Of a DNA stretch of 34,879 nt, positions 22,113 to 30,083 are shown piece after piece. Position 1 is the stretch's first letter, and every line of letters starts with the position of its first letter. The position numbers were made by a program, and so were the translations under genes. The DNA comes from a virus. The stretch lies in IMG/VR virus record IMGVR_UViG_3300012662_000005, positions 1 to 34,879 of that record; one strand, 5' to 3'. Below the pieces are notes generated by a model. That model was not told the DNA's origin and did no database searches. It worked only from the letters and a program-made list of their open reading frames with translations.

Positions 22113-23461
22113 GTGAAATTGATATAAAGTTTGACAAGCGCAATTACCGCCAGCATGGCGCGCGCAACAAAAAACTGATAAACAAATCGTTGCGTGATTG
22201 CGGTGCGGCTCGTTCAATCGTCATTGATGCCGATAATTCCATAATTGCGGGCAATGGCGTTTATGCCGAGTGGACAAATCTGCATGGCGACCGCCCGCCA
22301 ATTCGCGTTATTGAAACCGATGGGCGCGAAATGGTCGTCGTAAAGCGCACAGATATTGCCGCTGATTCAAAAGAACGGCAGCAGTTGGCAGTCATGGACA
22401 ACAGCACATCGGATTTATCAGAATTTGATTACGAATTGATGCAGCAGGATATGGACGATGCGACCTTGGAGGATTACGGTATTGATATGAATCCAGCCGT
22501 TGATAAATCCCCTGTGAAAGAATTGCCGCGGGGCAATCTGGCGGATGATTTCCTGATAATGCCCGCCAGCATCCTGAATACACGCGATGCAAAGTGGCAG
22601 GCCAGAAAGCGCGCTTGGAATGATTTGATTGGGGACGAGGGCGAAAGCCGCACTGGCACGTTAGGTTTTTCTGAATTGATTACGTCCAAATACGGCAAGC
22701 GCGGTTTGTCAAATGTCAGTATTTTGGATGCAACATTGGCCGAAATAATCAACAAATGGTTTCTGCCAACGGAAATTCCAGCAGGTGAAAAATTAAAAAC
22801 CTGCGACCCATTTGCGGGCGATTCGGTCTTTGGATATGTGAGTGGTTATCTGGGGGCAGAATTTACAGGGATTGAATTGCGGCAAGAGCAAGCGGATTTG
22901 AATAATATGCGCGGCGAACCTGTCGGGGCGCATTATATCTGCGATGATGGACAGAATATAGCGCAGCACCTGCCGAAAGAATCGCAAGATTTGGTCTTTT
23001 CTTGCCCGCCATACTTTGATTTGGAAAAATATTCAGATGATCCCAAGGACGCAAGCAATCAGAAAGATTACGAACAGTTCATGGAAATATTATCAAATGC
23101 GCTATCGGGGGCTTGCCGCTGCTTAAAAAATAATCGCTTTGCAGTAATTGTTATGAGTAATGTGCGCAATCATACCAACGGCGGCTATTACGATATTTGC
23201 GGCGACATTTGCCGCATCATGCAGGGCGCAGGCATGATATTATACAACGAATTTATTCTTGTAAATTCCATTGGCACGGGCGCAATGCGCACAAGGGGCA
23301 ACATGAAAACCCGAAAGAATGTTCGCTGCCACCAAGAAGTGCTTGTGTTTTATAAAGGCGAAAATCCGCAGCGCGATATTCCAAAAGAATTTGGCAAGAT
23401 TGCGCTGGCAGAAATAAATGAAAGCGAGGGGGGGGCAGATGCAGGCCAAGATGTGGAATAA
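22109..23461 (+). CDS. ParB-like nuclease domain fused to a DNA methyltransferase (MTase 3)
   Basis: 450 aa from ATG 22109 (AAGGGGA SD). The N-terminus NKKLINKSLRDCGAARSIVIDADNSIIAGNG is ParB/Srx-like. The C-terminus has motif I CDPFAGDSVFG followed by motif IV FSCPPYFDLEKYSDD. Confidence 0.85.
   Translation: MSEIDIKFDKRNYRQHGARNKKLINKSLRDCGAARSIVIDADNSIIAGNGVYAEWTNLHGDRPPIRVIETDGREMVVVKRTDIAADSKERQQLAVMDNSTSDLSEFDYELMQQDMDDATLEDYGIDMNPAVDKSPVKELPRGNLADDFLIMPASILNTRDAKWQARKRAWNDLIGDEGESRTGTLGFSELITSKYGKRGLSNVSILDATLAEIINKWFLPTEIPAGEKLKTCDPFAGDSVFGYVSGYLGAEFTGIELRQEQADLNNMRGEPVGAHYICDDGQNIAQHLPKESQDLVFSCPPYFDLEKYSDDPKDASNQKDYEQFMEILSNALSGACRCLKNNRFAVIVMSNVRNHTNGGYYDICGDICRIMQGAGMILYNEFILVNSIGTGAMRTRGNMKTRKNVRCHQEVLVFYKGENPQRDIPKEFGKIALAEINESEGGADAGQDVE
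23428..23435. repeat. G8 homopolymer at the MTase 3 / AdoMetDC junction (also the SD of the next gene)
   Basis: gag ggg ggg gca, 26 nt before the MTase stop and 3 nt before ATG 23439. Confidence 0.95.
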
Positions 23462-23744
23462 AAGATTTTGGATTGAAATATCTGATGAAAGATTTCTGCG
23501 CTGGGAATACGAAAAGTTGCTGCGCGATGCAGGGTTTAAGATAATATCGCTGCAAGAGCAGCAATTCCAGCCCTATGGCTATACAGCACTGTTTTTGCTT
23601 GCTGAATCGCATTTTGCTATTCATACATTCCCAGAATGCGGAAAAGCATATTGCGAATTGTCAAGTTGTGTTAAAAAGTATTTCAATAGGTTTATTAAAT
23701 TGGCAAAAGAAAGAAATTTGGAGGGCTATGATGAAATTAAATAA
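23439..23744 (+). CDS. speD: S-adenosylmethionine decarboxylase proenzyme, class 1b (pyruvoyl-dependent)
   Basis: 101 aa. FQPYGYTALFLLAESHFAIHTFPECGKAYCELSSC aligns with B. subtilis/T. maritima F.P.GVSGVV.ISESHLTIH.PE.GY...D..TCG. E|S cleavage site, His and Cys are all present. Confidence 0.8.
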   Translation: MQAKMWNKRFWIEISDERFLRWEYEKLLRDAGFKIISLQEQQFQPYGYTALFLLAESHFAIHTFPECGKAYCELSSCVKKYFNRFIKLAKERNLEGYDEIK

Positions 23745-24021
23745 AATCAAAGGTTATATTGCGCCGACAGACGAACGGTTTCTGTGCGCAGAATTTGAAA
23801 ACATTATGCGGCTGGCATGCGGTAAAATCATTGCGGCTGACAAAAGCCGTTTATCGCCTTATGGCGCGCAGGTTGGCTATGTCTGCAAATCTGCATCGTT
23901 GCTTTTTGAATCGCATCCAGAGAACGGCGAAACTTACGTTTCGTTTGTTGCAACGAATAAATCGGCATTGCGGGCTTTCAGGCGGCTGGCGCGGCTGGCG
24001 AATCTGATGCCAGTTGCATAA
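23731..24021 (+). CDS. degenerate AdoMetDC-like paralogue
   Basis: 96 aa with a GGAGGG SD and a 14-nt overlap with the previous gene. LSPYGAQVGYVCKSASLLFESHPENGETYVSF keeps PYG and ESH..PE but lacks the xxIHT segment and the downstream Cys. Confidence 0.6.
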   Translation: MKLNKIKGYIAPTDERFLCAEFENIMRLACGKIIAADKSRLSPYGAQVGYVCKSASLLFESHPENGETYVSFVATNKSALRAFRRLARLANLMPVA

Positions 24022-24142
24022 AAAAATCGGGGGCGTTTTTGGTGTAAAAAATCGCGCTGAATTGCCCCTATTAAAAAAGGCGTGATGTGCGGGTTGGCGC
24101 AAGCGCGCGCCCGCAAACCGCCAAGAGTTCGGAGGTTGAATT

Positions 24143-24454
24143 TTGCTGCAAATTTCTGAAATTTATCGGGCATTGGAACGCCGCGGACGAATAACAGAGT
24201 TTAGCCGCGATTATATGCATTGCGACCCCCGCACACTTAAAAAGTGGTGCTGCAATCCGCGATATTTTGATTTGGTCAACGCGTGCTTTCAACGGTTCGC
24301 CGCTGATTATTTTGTGAAAGTAAAAAAGAAACGCAAGCCGACGGGTCGCCCGATTCAGAAAGGCAACCTTGGGGCAAGCCCCGCAATCCGCGCTATGATT
24401 CAAGATGTGATGTCGCGCGATGGCGATTTCTGGGGGGGTGGCAATGGCGATTAA
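24143..24454 (+). CDS. hypothetical protein upstream of terS (TTG start)
   Basis: 103 aa. GGAGG SD 7 nt before TTG 24143. Overlaps the terS start by 11 nt. Confidence 0.5.
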   Translation: MLQISEIYRALERRGRITEFSRDYMHCDPRTLKKWCCNPRYFDLVNACFQRFAADYFVKVKKKRKPTGRPIQKGNLGASPAIRAMIQDVMSRDGDFWGGGNGD

Positions 24455-24920
24455 ATGGAAAACATCAGCCGCCTATATCATAGCGTGCGCCACTGAATAT
24501 TATGAACAGAAACTAGATTTGCTGCGCGCTGGCAAATTGTCCCTGCCGATTTGGCAAGAAATGTGTCTGCTAAACAACATTGACACCCTTGCCAGTTATC
24601 AACTGGCGCGAACCGACAAACGCGTGCGTGCAATCGGGCTTGCAATCCATAATTTGCAAGAGGTCGTCCTGATGAAAATGCTGACCAGCGGGCGCGTGTC
24701 GCCGACTGGCATCGCGGTATTTTTGAAAGCGCAGCACGGCTGGCGCGAGGGCAACGAGGCAGACCAATTTGGCAACAATGCCAAGGCGCAGTCCGTAAAT
24801 GATTTCTTGTATAATGTGGGGCAGATGCTGCAAACGCCCGCCCCGACCCGCGTCAATCCATTTGATGCGGACAAGGCAACAGACCGCGCCAAATTGACGG
24901 CGCAAACAAACAAGGGCTGA
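24444..24920 (+). CDS. terS: terminase small subunit
   Basis: 158 aa from ATG 24444 (a G7 run upstream). GIAVFLKAQHGWREGNE matches the iF.LKn.fGW.d TerS signature. Directly upstream of terL. Confidence 0.65.
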   Translation: MAIKWKTSAAYIIACATEYYEQKLDLLRAGKLSLPIWQEMCLLNNIDTLASYQLARTDKRVRAIGLAIHNLQEVVLMKMLTSGRVSPTGIAVFLKAQHGWREGNEADQFGNNAKAQSVNDFLYNVGQMLQTPAPTRVNPFDADKATDRAKLTAQTNKG

Positions 24921-26266
24921 TGATGCAAAATATGTATTCCAATTTTAACGCGAAACAAGTGGAATATTTGCGGAAAGCGTGCGCCCCTGAATGCTGGCTT
25001 GCGTGCGCCGAGGGGGGAAAGCGTGCCAGCAAAAACTTATTGCAGATATTCGCGTGGTGCTTGTATCTGGAAAATTGCCCCGACCGCCTGCATGCAGCAG
25101 CCGCGCCGACAATATCAGCCGCGCAAATCAACATCTGGGACAGCAACGGATTTGGGATTGAAAACTTTTTCGCGGGGCGATGCCAGACAGGGGCATACAA
25201 AGAAAAGCCCTGCTTGCGCCTGCAAACGCGCACTGGCGAAAAGATTATACTTGCGCTGGGCGGTGCAAAGGCGGGGGACGAGAAACTGTTCCGCGGGTTT
25301 TCGTTTGGGTCTGTGATGATAACGGAAGCCCCGAAATGCACGCAACAATTCGTGAATGAACTGATTGACCGAACTATTGCCAGCCGACAACGCAAGGTTT
25401 TCATTGATTTGAACCCCGAGGCACCGCGCCACTGGATTTATTCGGAATTTCTGAACCGCCACGAAAAGAACCAGCGCAAAGACCCGCATTATGGGTATGT
25501 CTGGGAACATTTCACCCTATATGACAACACCAGTTTATCTGATGAACAGATTGCGCGCGTGATATCAACATACGATGCTGATTCCCTGTGGTTTTTGCGG
25601 GAGATTCTGGGTTTGCGGGCAAATGCCGAGGGCAGCATATTCAAGCAGGTGGCGGCGCGCCCTGACGCATTTATCAGCCACGCCCTGATGCCAGTGGAAA
25701 AGGCGAACTGTTTTAATCTGGGAATTGACTGGGGGGGCAATAATTCCAAGACAACCGCGGTGCTGTCTGGCATATTTAATAATTGGAAAGACGTCCAGAT
25801 TGTCGCCGCCATGCGCCTGAAAGACGAATCGCCGAATCTGGATATTGACGCAATCAATGAATACATCTATACGTTCCTGATGTTGATAAAGCGCGAATAC
25901 CCCGATATAAAAATCACCGCCATTTGGGCTGATAACGAGAATCAGATTGCGTTAAAATCCCTGCGGTCGTATCTGGCGCGCAAGGGCTACCCCGCAATCG
26001 TCCGCGGGTGCGAAAAAGCCCCGATTCTGGATCGCATCAAGATTAAAACAACGCTGCTGAATCGCGGACGGTATTCGTTCCTGATGCCGCTGGCGCAAAA
26101 TGCGCTGGATTCAACTTGTGAGCAACTATGGAATCCAAAGAAAGACGATGAACGTCTGGATGATGGCACTTGCGATATTGATACAGCGGACGCCGAGGAA
26201 TACAGTTGGACACCGTTCATGAAATATCTGCGCGCTGCGCTGGATTCTGCAACAACAAGGGCTTGA
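24920..26266 (+). CDS. terL: terminase large subunit
   Basis: 448 aa. Walker-A-like AEGGKRASKN, DLNPEAP, a nuclease-domain GIDWGGNNSKTTAV, IWADNENQ and a C-terminal acidic DTADAEEY. Start overlaps the terS stop. Confidence 0.85.
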   Translation: MMQNMYSNFNAKQVEYLRKACAPECWLACAEGGKRASKNLLQIFAWCLYLENCPDRLHAAAAPTISAAQINIWDSNGFGIENFFAGRCQTGAYKEKPCLRLQTRTGEKIILALGGAKAGDEKLFRGFSFGSVMITEAPKCTQQFVNELIDRTIASRQRKVFIDLNPEAPRHWIYSEFLNRHEKNQRKDPHYGYVWEHFTLYDNTSLSDEQIARVISTYDADSLWFLREILGLRANAEGSIFKQVAARPDAFISHALMPVEKANCFNLGIDWGGNNSKTTAVLSGIFNNWKDVQIVAAMRLKDESPNLDIDAINEYIYTFLMLIKREYPDIKITAIWADNENQIALKSLRSYLARKGYPAIVRGCEKAPILDRIKIKTTLLNRGRYSFLMPLAQNALDSTCEQLWNPKKDDERLDDGTCDIDTADAEEYSWTPFMKYLRAALDSATTRA

Positions 26267-26315
26267 CTTATGCGCCGCAAGCGCGTTATTATTTTAATTG
26301 ATAAAGGGGGCTGGA

Positions 26316-27878
26316 ATGGCAAAAAACCTGCAAACGCTGCTAAAAGAACGGCTGAACATCACAATATCTGGCGAGTTTATGAATTATCTGGGATTGATTG
26401 CGCAGTATAAAGCGTGGTATGCGGGCTTTGTCCCTAAATTCCATGAATACCGTGAGGGCCCGAAAAAGACAAAGCGCACGATGGCGCAAATGCGCATGGG
26501 TAAGACGGTCGCCGAAACTTGGGCATCGCTGGTCTTAAATGAAAATTCAGAGTTTAATTTCACGGGCACGGGGGCTGAGGAAGTGCGCCGCCTGATAATT
26601 GGCGACAAAGACACCCAGCGCGGTGGCATTTTTGGGGCATCGCGCCTGTGGGCAGACCTGAATAAATGGTCTGAAAAAATATTCGGCTACGCTGGCAGCG
26701 GAATTTTGGTTGCCTATATTGAAAACGCCGACGCCTTTGATATTCGCACGCCTGAGGAAATCGCAGCAGGCGCGCGCCCTGTTTATCATTTGCGGGCAAA
26801 CGACAGCACCCAGATTAAAGTTAAATTTGCGCCCGCCGACCAGATTTTGCCAATCACATACACCGATGATGGCTTGGACGAGGTGGCGATTGTCGGGCAA
26901 AAGATGTGGCGCGGCAAAAATTACATTCATTTGGAATTACACCAGCACAGCCCGTTATTATCAGAGGACGGGCAGCCGCAATACCGAATTTCCAACATTT
27001 TCGTCAGCAAAGATATACGCACAAATGAGTTGACAATTCAGGACGGCTTGTGCGGGGAAATGGGGCTTGTGGAATCGCTGGATATTCCAGCAAAGATGTT
27101 TTCAGACATCTGGAACACCGCAAAACCCAACAATTTATACCCCGACCTGCCGTTCGCCATGCCGATGATTGCGCAGGCATGCGACCAGTTGGCAGAGTGC
27201 GATTTGGCGTTTAATAATTTCAATGTGGATACACGTCTTGGTAAAAAGCGGGTATTTATTCAGCAGGATTTTATTGCCACGAAAATCAACGAACAAGACG
27301 GCGTTAAATCATTTATTGCAACTGAGGGCGATGAATTATTCACGCCAGTGCCAACATTTGATGAAATGGACAAACAGTTCATTAAAGAATACAACCCGTC
27401 ATTGCGCACCGAGGAAAACAAACTTGCAATCAATAGCGCGCTGTCCCTGCTGTCGTTTAAGTGCGGGCTGGGGCGCAATTATTACAAACTGGACGAGGAT
27501 GAACAGCATGTGACCGCCACTGCGGTGAAAGCAAGCCACAGCGATTTGCAATTCAATGTTCAACGCCAGCGCACAATCGTGATTGAAGTATGGACTGAAT
27601 TTTGCCGCCAACTGGTAAAAATTGCGCGGGAAATCAAGCAAACGAAATTTGGCGAGTTGCCAGATCCAGACGCGTTTGAAACGACCGTGAAATTTGACGA
27701 TGGCGCGCTGCGCGACCCCGAGGCGGAACGCCAGCGTGATTTGCAGGAAGTTGCAGCGGGCATCATGACCAAAGCCGAATATCGCGTCAAGTGGTATAAT
27801 GAAACTGTTGACGAGGCGACCAAGGCCTTGGAAACGATTCCACAGCCGACCTTGGCTGATTTATATGGGGGTATGTAA
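26316..27878 (+). CDS. portal protein (SPP1 gp6-like)
   Basis: 520 aa from ATG 26316 (AAAGGGGG SD). Size and position are right, and the N-terminus YKAWYAGFVPKFHEY is typical of SPP1-type portals. Confidence 0.85.
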   Translation: MAKNLQTLLKERLNITISGEFMNYLGLIAQYKAWYAGFVPKFHEYREGPKKTKRTMAQMRMGKTVAETWASLVLNENSEFNFTGTGAEEVRRLIIGDKDTQRGGIFGASRLWADLNKWSEKIFGYAGSGILVAYIENADAFDIRTPEEIAAGARPVYHLRANDSTQIKVKFAPADQILPITYTDDGLDEVAIVGQKMWRGKNYIHLELHQHSPLLSEDGQPQYRISNIFVSKDIRTNELTIQDGLCGEMGLVESLDIPAKMFSDIWNTAKPNNLYPDLPFAMPMIAQACDQLAECDLAFNNFNVDTRLGKKRVFIQQDFIATKINEQDGVKSFIATEGDELFTPVPTFDEMDKQFIKEYNPSLRTEENKLAINSALSLLSFKCGLGRNYYKLDEDEQHVTATAVKASHSDLQFNVQRQRTIVIEVWTEFCRQLVKIAREIKQTKFGELPDPDAFETTVKFDDGALRDPEAERQRDLQEVAAGIMTKAEYRVKWYNETVDEATKALETIPQPTLADLYGGM

Positions 27879-28966
27879 TGTTGTCGCCGCGCTTTCTTGC
27901 GCGCGCCCCTGAACCGATTGTCGCGCTATATGCCCAGTTGGAAACCGAGATTTTGCTGGATATGGTCGCCCGAATCGGCAATGTGGCCAGCGCAAAAGAA
28001 ATAAATCCAAAGCGGGTTTATTGGGACGAATTGTCGGCATTTAATAAAGCGACCGCGAGCCGCATTGCCCAGCATCTTAAAATCAGCACGCCCGAACTGA
28101 TAAAAACCGTCAATGATGCGGTCTTGCATTCGTTGCGTCAAGACGACCGCATTTATCAGGCAATGGCGCAATCAGGCGCGCTGCCGAAATATGTCGCGCT
28201 GCGCAATTCGGCGGTGCTGGATCAGACGATGCAGCCAACCGTGCAGATTTTGGCGCGGGATTTTGCCGCCCGCATTGCCCAGACGCAAGCCGCCGCCAGC
28301 GCGCTTTTAATGCAAAACATTTCGCAGGTTATCACCGCCAAAGAACAGGCGTATTTTGATTTTCCCCGCTATATGTCCAAAACAATCAGGAAACTGGGGC
28401 ATTTGGGCATTACTGTCGTTGAAACTGATGGGCGCGCAATGTCCATGGAGGCATTCACCCGCCGCGAAATCATTACTGGCATCAACACCGCCGCCGCTGC
28501 CGCATCAATAGATAGGGCGCAGGAGGTGGGAAACGACCTTGTGGCCACCAGCCAGCATTACGGGGCGCGCCCTGAACATGCGCTGTGGCAGGGCAAGGTG
28601 TTCAGTTTATCGGGGACTAATCCGAAATACCCCGATTTCAAAGCAGGCACTGGCTATGGGACAATTACGGGACTGTGCGGCATAAATTGCAGGCATTCGT
28701 TCTATCCGTATTTCGCGGGGTATTCCACCAAAGAACCTGCGCTGGATGATGCCCGCAACGCCAAGATGTATGAATTGGAACAGATGCAACGAAATAATGA
28801 ACGCAATATTCGCACTTGGAAAAGAATCAACCAGATGGAAAACGCGCAGAAACTGGACAGCACATATTCTGCTGGCAAGGTTCGCGAATGGCAGGCCCGA
28901 AACCGCGATTTAATCGCAAGCGAGCCATGGCTGTCGCGCGATTACAGCCGCGAACAAATCGGGTGA
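27878..28966 (+). CDS. head morphogenesis / minor capsid protein (SPP1 gp7 / Mu F-like)
   Basis: 362 aa with a TAATG overlap with the portal gene. ARPEHALWQGKVFSL...CGINCRHSFYPY matches the gp7-family C-terminal motif. Confidence 0.8.
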   Translation: MLSPRFLARAPEPIVALYAQLETEILLDMVARIGNVASAKEINPKRVYWDELSAFNKATASRIAQHLKISTPELIKTVNDAVLHSLRQDDRIYQAMAQSGALPKYVALRNSAVLDQTMQPTVQILARDFAARIAQTQAAASALLMQNISQVITAKEQAYFDFPRYMSKTIRKLGHLGITVVETDGRAMSMEAFTRREIITGINTAAAAASIDRAQEVGNDLVATSQHYGARPEHALWQGKVFSLSGTNPKYPDFKAGTGYGTITGLCGINCRHSFYPYFAGYSTKEPALDDARNAKMYELEQMQRNNERNIRTWKRINQMENAQKLDSTYSAGKVREWQARNRDLIASEPWLSRDYSREQIG

Positions 28967-29209
28967 TTATTGTAAATCGGCGCGTTTTTGCCAATCATAC
29001 AAATCGTCCATTTTATCCATGGCTTTTTGCAAGCGCGCTTTGCGCTGGCGGTTTATCTGCGCCAATTTGGCACATTGCAAGACGCCCCGCAAACTGGTAT
29101 ATTCGCGGCGGTATGCCCTGCACCGCTTTATCTGGGATTCCAGCGCATCGCAATATTCGGCAAGTTGCGAATCCGATAAGGTTCTTATAAAAGCAAGCAT
29201 TGCAGTCAT
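28967..29209 (-). CDS. hypothetical basic helical protein (minus-strand cassette, gene 2)
   Basis: 80 aa from the second ATG (GGGGGATGTA-ATG; TAATG overlap with gene 1). Its stop abuts the stop of the convergent gp7-like gene with a 0-nt gap. Confidence 0.6.
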   Translation of the reverse strand: MTAMLAFIRTLSDSQLAEYCDALESQIKRCRAYRREYTSLRGVLQCAKLAQINRQRKARLQKAMDKMDDLYDWQKRADLQ

Positions 29210-29436
29210 TACATCCCCCATTTTTCAGCACAATTTGAATCAGCCGCGCATGCATCGGGCCACAAATAGCCCCGTTCCTCGTATGTATAGCACAGCCCGT
29301 TATAATCATATCGGCAATTATGCGCCGCCTCGTATTGCATTGCTTGGCGGTTGCTGCCAATAATCAGCCCCGCAATAACGGCGACCACCGCGCCCGACAT
29401 TGCGATTGATGCAAAGATTGATTTAATTTGATTCAT
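29209..29436 (-). CDS. small membrane-anchored Cys-containing protein (minus-strand cassette, gene 1)
   Basis: 75 aa with a GGGGGAACAC-ATG context. The N-terminal TM IFASIAMSGAVVAVIAGLIIG is followed by a 4-Cys domain. Confidence 0.65.
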   Translation of the reverse strand: MNQIKSIFASIAMSGAVVAVIAGLIIGSNRQAMQYEAAHNCRYDYNGLCYTYEERGYLWPDACAADSNCAEKWGM

Positions 29437-29467
29437 GTGTTCCCCCTTTCTTTTTTGTTATGATTTA

Positions 29468-29495
29468 ATTATAAATTTAAAAAAATAAATTGCAA
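29468..29495 (-). promoter_or_regulatory. conserved early promoter cassette P4 (minus strand, TTGCAA-N16-TATAAT)
   Basis: The reverse complement reads aatttttttcTTGCAAttta...aattTATAATtaaatcataacaaaaaagaaagggggaacacATG, nearly identical to P2. Confidence 0.6.
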
Positions 29496-29577
29496 GAAAA
29501 AAATTACTTGCTTTTTCGCGGGCATAGCGAGTATCTTAAAAACAAGGGATAGATTCCTAGGCAAAGGGGGCTGAATT

Positions 29578-29796
29578 ATGGGTCAAGAACAGAATAAAGC
29601 ATCGTATGATTGGTCGCATCTGCATATTCCAACAGCCGTTGTCTGGGGCATTTTAATCTCGCTGGCTGGCTATATGATAAACCTGAACACCCGCGTTGCC
29701 GTGCTGGAATCAAGCAACATTCAAATTGAGCAAAAGATTACAGACATGGCAATTAAAATTGATAAGATTTATGACAAGATTGCGTTTAACAAATGA
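29578..29796 (+). CDS. small membrane protein (N-terminal TM plus coiled coil; holin/antiholin or i-spanin-like)
   Basis: 72 aa with SD AAAGGGGG. TM AVVWGILISLAGYMI, then a heptad-like region. Confidence 0.6.
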   Translation: MGQEQNKASYDWSHLHIPTAVVWGILISLAGYMINLNTRVAVLESSNIQIEQKITDMAIKIDKIYDKIAFNK

Positions 29797-30083
29797 AACT
29801 AAACTGGGATTTTTTGAAAGACAGCAAGGGCGAATTGAATTTCGGGCGCGTAATCCCCGCTTGCTTATTTCTGCTGAACATCATTGCGCTGGTCGCGACC
29901 GCGTTATTCACGCAAATATTTACTGGTGAAATGAATTGCTGGCAGGCGGTGATCCATTGCAGCGGATTCATCACGGGCGTTGCGGTCTATCTGATAGAGA
30001 TTGTCTGGCGCGAACGCATCGCCCTGAAAGTTAAAATCGGGGGCAAGCAGATTGAAATCGGCGGGGGCAAAGCAAATGAATAA
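29793..30083 (+). CDS. holin candidate (2 TM helices)
   Basis: 96 aa, ATGA-coupled. Two hydrophobic helices and a charged C-terminus. Confidence 0.6.
   Translation: MKLNWDFLKDSKGELNFGRVIPACLFLLNIIALVATALFTQIFTGEMNCWQAVIHCSGFITGVAVYLIEIVWRERIALKVKIGGKQIEIGGGKANE

Noticed and set aside
24088-24115. GC-rich hairpin upstream of terS as a defined cos/pac site
   Set aside because: It is only a 6-bp outer stem with a GC-rich interior, and nothing in the sequence alone distinguishes it from incidental structure. It is mentioned under the circular-genome finding as a place to look.
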